A DNA stretch of 63,966 bases, counting the filler, from Basidiobolus ranarum (Eukaryota), in NCBI GenBank assembly GCA_040143965.1. It is 10 parts of 10 records of this genome, joined end to end, with 100 filler letters (N's around TTAATTAATTAA, not from the genome) between each part and the next. Parts side by side here need not be neighbours in the genome. Positions count along the whole stretch, not along the records: positions 38,496 to 44,795 come from JASJQH010008224.1; positions 44,896 to 51,188 come from JASJQH010008225.1; positions 51,289 to 57,580 come from JASJQH010008226.1; 7 more parts are not named here. One strand, 5' to 3'. Under the pieces are notes generated by a model. That model saw nothing but the letters and a program-made list of their open reading frames with translations, ran no database searches and was not told the DNA's origin. Position 1 is the first letter of the stretch, and every line of letters begins with the position of its first letter. Of this stretch, positions 39,370 to 52,096 are shown one piece after another. The position numbers and the translations under genes are program-made.

Positions 39370-40287
39370 CAACATCACTTATTGAGTTATTGAGTAGAAA
39401 GACATTTATTGTTTTGCAAAGATGGAAACAAACATGTATGTAGAATATGTTAAGAAAGGTCCCAGGAACATATGTGCAAAGTTTGGGGCTTCTGGCACAA
39501 GCTTGAAAATCTATATATCTGATAACTTCTGAGTTGGTGTCAATATTCCAAGTAAATTCTGATTGAGAATAGTGAGTGATATATTAGTGAAATATATTGA
39601 AATTATCATTGCCTAAACATGATAACCAAATACTAAGCTATATATTGTTGAAATTAGCATTGCTTAAACACCTATATAGTTATATATAGCTTAGTATTTA
39701 GTTATCCTATATTGAACTATGTTATTACTCATTATTCTCAATCGGAATTCACTTGGAATATTGACACCAACTTAGAAATTCTCATATATATAGATTTTTC
39801 AAGCTTGTGCTAGAAGCCCCAAACTTTGCACTGATGCTTTTGGGACATTTATTAACATATTCTACATGTTAGTTTGCCTATATCCTGAAAAAACTATAAA
39901 TATCAACTTTCAACTCAATACATCAATAAGTGAAAACCACCAATTTCTCTAATTCTCCAAGCCACTTCCAACAGGCTCCCAAAATACTTTAACAAAATAT
40001 AAGATAACTATATACTAAGCTATAGATGACTATATCTATATAAATGCTTAGGCAATAATAATTTCAACATAGAATGTATTAAGGAAGGTACCAGTAATAT
40101 GCGTGCAAAATTTGGGGCTTCTAATCCAAGTTTAAAAAATCAATATATCTGAGAACTTCAAAGTTGGTAAAAGTATTGAAATTAATTCTCATTGAGAATG
40201 GTTTGCCCAATCCTTATTCAATATAGAATAACTTCATGCTGAGCTATATATGACTATATAGATATTTAGGCTATGCTTGTTTCAACA
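39370..40287. mobile_element. Nest of Copia LTRs: a full plus-strand LTR at 39646-39994 inside a minus-strand LTR, plus another partial minus-strand LTR at 40070-40287
   Basis: Same family as 19957-20304 (TGTTGAAATTAGCATTGC, GTGCTAGAAGCCCCAAACTTTGCAC, TACTTTAACA). AAATA is duplicated at 39590-39594 and 39995-39999. Confidence 0.88.
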
Positions 40288-41793
40288 CAGAAAGCCTTGA
40301 TGGAAACAAGAGCCTACAAAGCTTAAATACTAAAGTACTAGAGTAACTACTTTCAGAGCTGCTCTATAAACCAGTCAACATGAAGTATGCTCATCAGATA
40401 GCTTTTTATGAGGTGGCAAAAATTGTCACTACTTGTTGGAATAGGGTCAACCTTGAACTTGGAAACAAAGTTTGAATGTTTCTCAACTTGCTCTTGAAGA
40501 TGAATGAAAGAATCGAGGTGCTGGAAAGCTAAATGAAGAAGAATGGAGAAAGTAAGAATGAGATTGGGGCAGACATAAAGACAATACCAGAGTATATAAA
40601 GAAGTTCAAGCAGCAATTTTGTTAAGAAATAGACAAGATATATTTAAATAATTTCTCTCAGACGATTTAAATATATTATCCATAGTCTTTTGGGCTTGTA
40701 TTCAACAGATTATTGATTTGGAAGAAACTCAATCGATTATGACTACAAAAGCAACCCTCTCGCTTCCAGCTAACTTATCGAATCCTGTGTGGTTATCGCT
40801 ACACTAAACAGAGCAAGTCTTTGAACACTTTGTCTTTTGCCTTCACTTATCTCCAATTTTTTTAATTCTTCTCACTTTAGATTAAAACACTGTATACAAC
40901 CAATGTTACTTGGGTATTAAGTAAGTCAATTCCATCTTTTCTATATCGTATCTGAAATATTCCCTCAAGTCCAGCCTTATGTGGTGGACTCTCTGATTAG
41001 GTGTTACAAGATGCTTGTGAAAAGAATCACCGCCTTCTCCAAAAACAACTAAATATTCTAATAGTTTGTTAGGTCCCATCAGGTCAAGAGAACATAACGT
41101 AGCCTAGCTTATACAGTACTTGGGCCGGGAACATCAGGATAGTTGAAACTTGTACTTTCACTAGCCATGACAAATGGGAATGGTAGATGTATATATATAA
41201 ATGCAATTTACGTTGTGGATTATTGAATGAGCATGCAGAATCTTCACTATAATGATCAGCAGCTGTTTATCATAACAACTCTAATTGAAGTGGTTGTTGA
41301 TCCAGAATTAGCACGAATAGCTTAAGTAGTGTATGAATAATCTACTCTGTAGTCAGTTCTTAGTAAGGAACTTGGTGCACTGATTTACGTCAAACGAAGA
41401 TAAGTACCTCACTCAATATCTATCCCACTTGGCATGCTATCGGAGGTGATATCTATTACCATTATTGGTCTCTCTCTAACATAGGCATTCCAACTCAGTC
41501 TACTGTTAGCGAAGTGAAATTTATGTTCAACGATATATGTAATTCAGATATGTTCAAAGAACTACTAGCTATGAAGATTTATTTCAACAATACGATTATA
41601 TCCTATATGTACACTTTTGTATCAGTTACTTTGATTACTGAGAATTAGCCACAAATAATCATTCATCACCAAAGACAGTAACTTTAATCTTTCTAATATG
41701 CTTGGAATATGCTTACTTTATTGAAATGTACTTGTAATCGAGTGCAATTATTATGAGTATAAATAACGCTTTTCCTTATTCAACTACAAATAC

Positions 41794-42816
41794 CTAATTA
41801 CTTCTATAGCCATAAGTTTGTGCAGTAATGTTCAGAGCTATCACGAGCTGACGAGTAGGAAACTTTGCTGCCATTTTGGAGTAAATTTCATTTTCACTCA
41901 ACTTTCTTCCAAATATTTCTTTGTTGAAGTAACTAATGTAATCCTTGGTGGCTTGTAAGTCAGATACGCTTGGCTGAACCCCATTTGGAACATGACCACC
42001 AATTACTCTTCGTGGTTTCAACGACTGAAGAACTATATTCCGTATCATAGTTAGGTTAAAGAACAAGATTCATGTAAATAAAGCAAACACTTACAGGTTA
42101 GGCTCGATATCCAGTTATCACGGGCTATAGGGGTCTGAGCCTCAGCTAGCCAAACGTGGTTATTTCCAGCATACACCATATCTCCGGTGATGACTGTTTT
42201 CTGAGTTGGAATCCATAATACCGTTAAATCATCCACATCCCCTTGTAAAGGTTGCAAAAGATGAATGGGCTCCTTGTAATTTCCCTTGAGTTGGATAATG
42301 GTTCTTTTGTACGGCTTAGGCAAGCTTGGTGATTGTGGGATTTCTTTTGCGCCGTAAACAGGTGTCCATTGATCCACTAATTAAACATGCTTAATGATCA
42401 ATAAAGGAGATACTAGAAGAATTATTGATGAACTAACCCTTTGACTGAGCTACTTGGTTGATTTTCTTGACAACTCCAGGAGATGCTAACAAATCAGCCT
42501 TACGAAAAACCTTGAGCAACTCAGTCCCACCGAAGAAGTGATCAGGATGCTCATGGGTAGAGAATATCTTAGTGACAGGTAAGTTGGTCTTTTTCTTGAT
42601 GAAGGAGATTAAGCCGCGAGCTGCTGAGTTCAAGAAAGGGGGATCGACCACCATGGCCTCCTTTTTACCTACGATCAAGGTGGAGACACTTGACAAAGCA
42701 TTCTCTGGTGAGCTGTAGTGGTACACCTTTAACCTATGGCCGGAATTATCCCCATGTGCTTCCACATATGAGCCAAGTAAACATAGGATTGGAAGAGACA
42801 GAACAAGGAATCTCAT
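41794..42816 (-). CDS. Secreted metallo-beta-lactamase-fold hydrolase, copy 1; exons 42816-42438, 42376-42095, 42032-41794
   Basis: Signal peptide MRFLVLSLPILCLLGSYVEA, THEHPDHFFG (HxHxDH), VITGDMVY and VIGGH. GT-AG introns join the three track ORFs in frame. Confidence 0.9.
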
Positions 42817-43706
42817 GGTAAACAATATTTGATGGTCTATCTGTTTGCATCCATAGACTTTATATGTATCTCCATCTCGAACTCCAGGCTGACTAATTAC
42901 TCAGTCGATTGTTTGTTATGGCATAGTAAGTTACTGCTGACTAAACATCGAAAAGCCGGATGATTACCTCGAAAAAGGAATATCAACGCAACCATAGTAT
43001 ATGCATAATATTGTATAGCAATTAGAAGCAGTTAAAAGAAATTAGAAATGGACGCCCAAAACCTAATATTTAAGGTAGTTACATCAGGGCAATGTAAAAA
43101 AGATACTACAACGTTTGTTTGGATCGATCATTTTGATAATTAACTTTTAACAAATTAGGATTTGTATGTAGTTCATAAATCAAGCTCTAATATATATATA
43201 TACATACCCATATCAAGTAATATTTTATGCCTGATTCCACCAAAATAGGAAGTTCTTCGAACTTACTACGTTTTTGGAGTGATCGAAGGCGAGTATGAAA
43301 CAGTTAAATTTGGTCAGTGTATGCAACTAGATACCATTAAGCGTGGCAAGCAATAATAACTCCGTATTGCACTAAAGATAAGTACCCTAAGTTTCGAAGA
43401 TTAATGGAACCTTAAAAAGTGTTCCATTGGATACAATCTATCGACTCATATATTGATTAAGTGAGGAGTTAAATGCTCATTTATCATCAAGAGGCAAAAA
43501 TGATTCAAACTATAATATCTTGAATTTGATTCGTAACACTTTGACTAACCATAAAGTGAAGAAATATAGACAATGAATCATACCAGTAGAGGAAGAAACT
43601 TCAAAATGTTAATCTTTATTGTATTCTTAGAATATGCTTATCTCACTAAACTTTGTTTATTAAGACGGATATGGAATATTATATAAAGATAAATAACTGC
43701 ATACAC

Positions 43707-44729
43707 CTAATTACTTTTATAGCCATAAGTTTGTGCAGTAATGTTCAGAGCTATCACGAGCTGACGAGTAGGAAACTTTGCTGCCATTTTAGAGTAAATT
43801 TCATTTTCACTCAACTTTCTTCCAAATATTTCTTTGTTGAAGTAACTAATGTAATCCTTGGTGGCTTGTAAGTCAGATACGCTTGGTTGAACCCCATTTG
43901 GAACATGACCACCAATTACTCTTCGTGGTTTCAACGACTGAAGAACTATATTCCGTATCATAGTTAGGTTAAAGAACAAGATTCATGTAAATAAAGCAAA
44001 CACTTACAGGTTAGGCTCGATATCCAGTTATCACGGGCTATAGGGGTCTGAGCCTCAGCTAGCCAAACGTGGTTATTTCCAGCATACACCATATCTCCGG
44101 TGATGACTGTTTTCTGAGTTGGAATCCATAATACCGTTAAATCATCCACATCCCCTTGTAAAGGTTGCAAAAGATGAATGGGCTCCTTGTAATTTCCCTT
44201 GAGTTGGATAATGGTTCTTTTGTACGGCTTAGGCAAGCTTGGTGATTGTGGGATTTCTTTTGCGCCGTAAACAGGTGTCCATTGATCCACTAATTAAACA
44301 TGCTTAATGATCAATAAAGGAGATGCTAGAAGAATTATTGATGAACTAACCCTTTGACTGAGCTACTTGGTTGATTTTCTTGACAACTCCAGGCGATGCT
44401 AACAAATCAGCCTTACGAAAAACCTTGAGCAACTCAGTCCCACCAAAGAAGTGATCAGGATGCTCATGGGTAGAGAATATCTTAGTGACAGGTAAGTTGG
44501 TCTTTTTCTTGATGAAGGAGATTAAGCCGCGAGCTGCTGAGTTCAAGAAAGGGGGATCGACCACCATGGCCTCCTTTTTACCTACGATCAAGGTGGAGAC
44601 ACTTGACAAAGCATTCTCTGGTGAGCTGTAGTGGTAAATCTTTAACTTATGGCCAGAATTGTCCCCATGTGCTTCCACATATGAGCCGAGTAAGCATAGG
44701 ATTGGAAGAGACAGAACAAGGAATCTCAT
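43707..44729 (-). CDS. Secreted MBL-fold hydrolase, copy 2; exons 44729-44351, 44289-44008, 43945-43707
   Basis: Near-identical to copy 1 at offset +1913, including both introns. Confidence 0.9.
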
Positions 44730-44895
44730 GGTAAACAATATTTGATGGTCTAGCTGTTTGCATCCATAGACTTTATATGTATCTCCATCTCAAACNNNNN
44801 NNNNNNNNNNNNNNNNNNNNNNNNNNNNNNNNNNNNNNNTTAATTAATTAANNNNNNNNNNNNNNNNNNNNNNNNNNNNNNNNNNNNNNNNNNNN

Positions 44896-45661
44896 TGATT
44901 GCTGATATATTAACCAAACCATTATCTAGACAGAAATTTGAGAAATTTAGACCTTTATTGGGATTAGTTTATATGACTATTTAGTTGAGGGAGAGTGTTG
45001 AGATTAGCATTGACTAAACACCTATATAGTCATATATAGCTTAGTACTTGGTTATTTTATAATGCACTAAGATATTATCAATTTCTCTCAATTGGAATTT
45101 ACTAAGAACATTTTTACCAACTTAAAAGTTCTCAGATATATAGATTTTTCAAACATGTGCTAGAAGCCCCAAACTTTGCACACACGTTCTTAGGACTTTC
45201 CTTAACACATTATACATGTTAATTTTTTAACATCTTGACAAAACTATAAATGTCAACTTTCTACTCAATAAGCAAAAACCACCAATTCCTCTATTTCTCC
45301 AAACCACTTCCAATGGGCTCCCAAATACTTTAACAGGGGCCTCTAGCACAAGTCTGAAAAATTTATAAATCTGAGAACTTCAAAGTTGGTAAAAATATTT
45401 CCAGTAAATTCCAATTGAGAAAAATGGGTAATATCATAGTGAAATATAGGATAACTAAATACTAAGCTATTATGACTATATAGGTGTTTAGGCAATGCTA
45501 ATTTCAACAGAACCTTGCTTAACACATCCTACAAACTTTGCTTGCTTACAGCTTGACAAAACTCTAACTGTCATATTTTAACTCAACAAATCAATAAGTG
45601 AAATCCACCAGTTCTTCTAGTTCTCCAAACCACTTCCAACAAACTCCCAAAATACTTTAAG
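44896..45661 (+). mobile_element. Copia 3' end (IADILTKPLSRQKFEKFR), PPT and LTR 44996-45335, abutted by a partial minus-strand LTR (45336-45509) and a partial plus-strand LTR (45510-45661)
   Basis: Near match to 19860-20304, with PPT GAGGGAGAG and TG...CA LTR ends. Confidence 0.9.
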
Positions 45662-48600
45662 TAGCTCCCATGTAGGCTTGGAGCTGCATTGTTTAATTTC
45701 TCTTCAATATTGTCATCAATAGTATTGATATTTGGTTTCTTGTTCATTAGGAAACTTATGAAAATACAAATTAACGTCATCAAAAGATTCACAAACCTCA
45801 TTTGCCGATAGTAGTTTGAAGCTTAAGGAAGGAGTTTTTGGAGAATTTAGTTAGTTAACTAGTAGTCAAGCATTTCGATATTCTCATCCAATGTTCACAG
45901 CGAATAATAGAGCTGCTCTAGTATATTATCCCCAGCATTATGTGCAAATTCTTGCAACTCAACTAAAGGTTTGTGATCATCCTAGTAATATATATCCACA
46001 AAACTCTAGAAGGAAAATGCGAAATCATCCGGAACTGGAAATAAATAGGAAGTAGTCTAATCAGGACGATTTCTATCATTGGAACTGCAATGACATTGGA
46101 AGTATGACCATAGAATGGAGGATGTTCAGTATTATAGATATCATGTAGTTATAATACTCTCGTGCTAACCCAGAGCTCAATTGAAGAATGCCTTTCGTAT
46201 AAAAGCAATAGAGTTTTACAATGCTAAAAAGTGGGTAAAAATACTTCATTACGTCGTTGCACCACTATAAATATTATGTTCTGAAACTTAAAGTGAATGG
46301 GGAGTCATGAAGAAGCATATTCACCTATCTCGCCACATTGATTTATCTAAATATACCAGAGCAATAAACAAGACGATGAGATGTGACTCCCATTCTGGAA
46401 TAGGCCATTACATCATGTGTAAAGCAATGTGCAACACCTTTGCAAATAGATTTATGGCGAGGTCTGAGGAACGTTACTCGCAAGGTTGCATTGGATATCT
46501 ATTAGGGCGGACTCCTTCACTGAAGTACTTACTCTCGACATTCACATGAGCTCTATAAAGCCAAACAAATGAATGATAAGCGTTACCGGCTGATATTGCG
46601 AGGCAATGAAGTGCTAGCAATTGGAAACATCATTTGAAATGGAAATGCAGTAAATAGCCATGACTGTATTCCGAGCCCACCTGAACTCCGGATATACAAA
46701 TATTATGCGGCTAAAGCACATGATAATAATAAATCAAGGAAATTGCCAAGTAGCACTACTGTTGTGTCCATTGTCATCATTAGTTGACTTCAATTTAGAA
46801 AGTGGTTGTGCACTCTGCAGACAGTAGTGTCACTACTCCGTAACCCCGTACAGCCCCTACAAATTCTTGAAATCCCCCTTAACATGAGAATTCTTGAATT
46901 GGTGATCAATTACTCCAATCGATTTCCTGCTACATTGACTTTCAGCAACGATACTTAATGATATACGATCCATTCTCTGCATGCATGAGGTGAGCTTTCC
47001 ACTTGGATCAATACGCATTTATTGATTTGCACCCTCATGAAGTCATGTCTCACAAGTTAGTGGTGACACTTGCTGTTCAATTAGGCGTAGTGAGTGTTCA
47101 TTGGCTCCTTGCGATTCATGTCTAATTTAGTTGCCTACTGCAGAGCACTAGACTACCTTTCATCTCTACAAATTAAATGTCAGATAAGGTTTTTGCTAAC
47201 AAACATTTTTTAGGTTTCATCAAACCATTAGCGTATGATATCGATCTGACATTGGTATTCAATGCTCTTCGGATATATCGAGACACAAACATTGACACTT
47301 GCGAGCACACAGTAGATGTGAAGCGAAAGGCCTTTGAGCTGTGTCTGTGCAGCTTCAGGTTTCTTTCGATCTCGCAAGTGACTGCTTTGAAATAGGACGT
47401 ATCGTTCAGCTTGGATTCACACTAGTAACCATCCCGAGACGGGTTCTCGTATGCTATAAAGCATTCATGGCACTAACCACCGGGGACGATCGATGCCAAT
47501 CCATTTAGCAGTGAATACCGCAAGGATTCTTAGAGGGTCTCAGTCTGTGAAATCGGCCTTCCAGATGGGATTGACCCATGGGCGGCTAGATTCGATGGTG
47601 GGTCTAGGCCCTCAGAGACCGTGGATTCTTAGAATCCATATTCACCGAGCCTCTCTATCTCCTGACGGTATTTGGAATATAATTTCTTACTTTCCAGGCA
47701 CCAAGTATGCCAGCAGCCCCTAGGATAGATTGATAAACCTTATATATATTGTACCAATCGGTGAGTTCGATTTATTTCAAACCTTACATTGATTAATATT
47801 TCAGGTCTGTGTCTCTTGAGTAGAGGCCACTTGATTCGTCCATCAGAAAGAGGATAATGCGGTGTATTGATGGAATTCATTAAACTCATCTACGTCATAA
47901 GGAAAAAAAGAAACTTCCAAACCACGATGGAAGCTTCTTTTGAGTCGACGTGTCCGTATATGGATGTCTATTAGCTAGGCAGCAAGCAAAGGAGTCCATG
48001 AATATCCACCTTTTCCAGGAACACTCTCTTCTGATTACAAAGCCCATCTACGTTGTCGTGTCAATCCCCTTTGCCACTATACCTAATGTCGGCCTATAAC
48101 AAAGATGGAAGGAGCTAAGATCACTCCACTGCATTCGCTTCGCTGATCATGATTGGCCACAAATCTGAGTTGATCGCAGTTGCCCAAGTATATGCTACGA
48201 TGATAGAGCGAGCTCACAATGGCAGTATTGGAGTTGGTAATTGGCTTCCATGACTCGGATGTAGCGTATATGTATGCGTAGACACTGATCGTTGTATTAC
48301 GCGTAGAGAGAGTAAGGTTGGTTAGCACACCATCTACAACATGAGCTAGCGTCCCCTTTTCAACCGTTGAATTTGGGTGCTATTTTCCCGAAATGGCGGG
48401 TATACATAATTGTTGCTACTAACAAGATTGGCCACTGCGTGAATTCAACATTATTTGCTATTTAGCTCATCTATCGCTGCACACCAATCATTTCCGATCT
48501 TGATAAATAGTTACTGTTATAATCTTGTTTGTCAATGACCGATCACTTGTATATATATTGTCGCATATTGGATCAGGTTTCTGACTTTCATACCTTACCA

Positions 48601-48759
48601 TCCTTCTTTTTCAGCACGCAACTTTAGCTACTGACGTCTTTTATTTCTGTTCGACTATTTCTTCCTATCCAACACATAAGTCTATCTCCCGCCTGAATAT
48701 TGCCCGTGTTTATGTTATTACCATAGATTATTCCTGATTTTCCAACGTAGCGAAACATC

Positions 48760-50137
48760 ATGAACCAACTCACAATTCAGACCCAAGAAGGCTTACAGAT
48801 TCCCCAAGAAGTCAACATTGAGGGTGGCACACCTCAAATACCGTTGTCACCTACTTCTAGTGAAAGTCCTTCAAATAAATCCTCGCCATCACCCAATGTT
48901 AGGATACTGAACAACAACTTTGTTCACAAGCTTCATGGGTAAATGTCACTCCCGGATTATTTCTTTTCTTTACTTTTCTGCACTTCATACTAATATGGAT
49001 CTTTTACTTCTTGAAGAATGGTAATCGATAAGCAGTATCAACACCTTATATCTTGGAACTATTCCGGGAATTCCTTTATTGTGTGCAATATCACTGAATT
49101 TTCAAAGGACGTACTTCCGAAACATTTCAAGCATAATAATTTCTCCAGCTTCGTAAGACAACTCAACATGTAAGCTTATTAATTGCTCGTTGAGTATCAA
49201 CTGGTCTTCTTTTAAAAAACCCCCCCCCACCGTTGTTGACCTGGTTCATTTTGCCTCGTAGGTATGGGTTTCACAAGGTAAATAAATCCCCAAGAGGACA
49301 TAGAACTCTGGCCGAGAATCAAATTTGGGAATTCTCGCATCCAAAGTTTTTGCGTGATCGTCCAGATCTGCTAGATGATATCAAAAGAAAGGCTTTAGAA
49401 TCCGAGACGCTAAGAAGAGAGACTGGCGATCTGCATGCTCATATCGCTATGATGCAGGTGACCCAATCGGATATGATTCAACGGATTGCTCATCTACAGG
49501 CCAATCTGTCCGAAGTTGTTCAAGAACTCACAGAGACGAGACGGCGTCAGACAATCCAGCAACAAATGATCAAGAATATGATGGACCATCTTCATCAACA
49601 AAATGCCGCTATACCTGGTGAGTGTCCCTTCTTACTGAATTGACTGATACACCAATTTCTAACAAATTGCCTTTCTTTGCAGCAGTGTTCTCAGCCAACG
49701 TGGGTCATACCACTCCTGATATCAAGAATGAAGACAGACCACCCATCTATATCACTTGCCCTGAGGATACTGGCAATATGGTGCATGATATGCAACTTAA
49801 TGGGCGCATTCAGAACCAAGGCAATTGTTTACAACCGCCAGGCAACAATCCCACTTCCCAGACCTATCAACAAAATTCTTTTAATCGGAATGGCCTGCAA
49901 ATTCAGATAGGTTCGAACTACTTGAGTCATCCTAATTCCGCCAGTATGATACCCACTCAAATGTCCCCTGAAAACTTCCACTCATATAATCCACCTATGA
50001 ATCACTCATTGCCCCCATCACCTCACTCCCCTTTGGGTATGACCTCGGATGATGAGCTGAATAGCCCCATTTATGGCAACAATGGTTTCCGTAATCCAGA
50101 GTATGGGAATGACGGGCAGCCGCTCTTCAATATGTAA
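48760..50137 (+). CDS. HSF-type DNA-binding domain transcription factor; exons 48760-48938, 49017-49169, 49262-49617, ~49683-50137
   Basis: [60 protein letters not shown], followed by a coiled coil and an N/P/Q-rich tail. No receiver domain is seen. Confidence 0.93.
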
Positions 50138-51637
50138 ATTAAGATAGATTGCCTTGAATTTGGGGAGACTTTTTTTCACTTGTTATCATTCTCCTTCCTA
50201 CAATTACACAGCCCTACTCGACCGCTTCACTAGGCTTTGGAGTATCCCTCGAATCAAGGCTTCCCCTACACCTACGGAGGTTCTCCATTGTGAACGGTCT
50301 CACGAGTGTTTTTACAGTGATACAGTCACTTGTCCCCTATCCTATGTATTCCTCAGTGCTGATATTCCAGAAATCGCATCCTGTCCTCCCCCCTCCACCC
50401 CCAATGAAAAACCATAGTATATTGGAAAGATATATTCAATATTCGGTTGGGAATGTTTTCCAAATCCCCCTTTTTTGGTCAAGAATTTATTGGATTTTGT
50501 AAAACAATTGATATATCAGGTGGATACAACTTGATTGTTAACTTGAAAGATTTTTTAATAATATCCCAACACCCATCTCTTGCTACCTTACCTATTTATC
50601 AGTGTTAGAAGTCATAAGAAAACGAGTGAAGTGAAGGGGAGAAATAGACCTAGTATTGTATTGCTATGAAGATATCCTGAATCCTTCAGCTACCCTACCA
50701 CCCAACATTGAGAGCGGTGTTTACAAAATTCGGAAAATCTTCCTACTAAAACTTAAGATATGAAAGTTTTCCGGATAATTTCCTTCCTTATCCGCCATAT
50801 TTAATTTGGGGGAGAGGGTGAGATTCGGGTGTCTCCCCTCCCTCCAGTATTACTTAACTGTTACCAAATATCACCTGACTTGAAATGTTTCTTCCTATTA
50901 CATCTGTACCAACTATTTGTTCTAAATGTGGGTGTATGTGGTTTCAACAATTCTTTGGAAAGCAGTTGTGGTGATATATATTCTGGAGGTACTACACGTA
51001 TGTCATCGATTCGTTCCAAATTAAATGAACTTGCTACTGGAGAGGAGGAATGAGGCGTTAGCTTGGACTTCATCATGTGGTATTTGGTAGATTTTTGTAA
51101 GGCCAAATCATGCATAGCTGACATTCACCAACCAACTGGTCGCGTCAAGTCAGGCACCCCACATCTAGAGCAGGATTCGAATGAGATANNNNNNNNNNNN
51201 NNNNNNNNNNNNNNNNNNNNNNNNNNNNNNNNTTAATTAATTAANNNNNNNNNNNNNNNNNNNNNNNNNNNNNNNNNNNNNNNNNNNNATCACAATATGG
51301 CTGTATCTGTCTATTTACTTATTATCTGTTGACTGAACCACAGATATCAGCTTTGCACTGGATAAGTTAATATGTGGGAGCAATATTTCCTTCATATTTA
51401 TCTATAAGCATCTGACAAGAATGCTTTCATATTTCTCATAGCAATCTTTGGGAGCATTCTTTTCAAGCAAGTTTTCATTACCTATTGCTGTTAATTAGTG
51501 TTGTTTCCAATTTTTGAGTGGGGGTTTTTCACCTTCAGTATGATACATACTTGCTTTTGATCAAGCTATAAAAATTCAGCCTAGATTATAAGCTACAATG
51601 GACCCTAGCTTTAATCTTCTCTTTGAGTATGATTTTG

Positions 51638-52096
51638 TTAATTTGCCTGATGGATACATATATATACTCTTCTCCAGCAATACCCTTTGTGACAGCCACA
51701 AATATCCTTTCCACCTTTCTGTTTTGTGACTCCACAGGTCAGGTCACTCTTTTCCCAAGAGTCAATAACATGGTTCAGACGATCAAGAGCATTGAAGAAT
51801 ATATCTACTCCATCAGACGCGTCTCGCTTTTCCACCTTATGGCCTGGTTGGCCTAAACTGGTGGTGAATTGCTGTATCATCTTCACGCAATCTTTAAACC
51901 TGGCTTCCTTACTAACTGGAACGAAAGTCAATGTAGCCGGGAATTCTTCACTGCACTCTTTAACATTTCTGTATAACTCCACATACTCCGGGGCAGCAGT
52001 AATCTCGGGATCGTAACGATCTACAGGGCCAGCAAAGGCAGATGCAAGTATAGAGGCCATGGCAATACTAGTCAAGAGGTTTTGGAAGAAATGCAT
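51638..52096 (-). CDS. Secreted protein with a Kex2-like KR site and a Cys-rich C-terminus; 3' end uncertain
   Basis: Signal peptide MHFFQNLLTSIAMASILASAFA, VEKR, and C-terminal CGVTKQKGGKDICGCHKGYCWRR. TATAAAA lies ~45 nt upstream. Confidence 0.7.
   Translation of the reverse strand: MHFFQNLLTSIAMASILASAFAGPVDRYDPEITAAPEYVELYRNVKECSEEFPATLTFVPVSKEARFKDCVKMIQQFTTSLGQPGHKVEKRDASDGVDIFFNALDRLNHVIDSWEKSDLTCGVTKQKGGKDICGCHKGYCWRRVYICIHQAN

Noticed and set aside
46300-48330. Several 70-80 aa ORFs upstream of the HSF gene
   Set aside because: No motifs, no consistent strand and no splice pattern, so treated as intergenic.
50861-51124. 87-aa minus-strand ORF as the 3' end of a gene
   Set aside because: An in-frame stop lies immediately upstream of the ATG, and there is no recognisable motif or clear splice acceptor.
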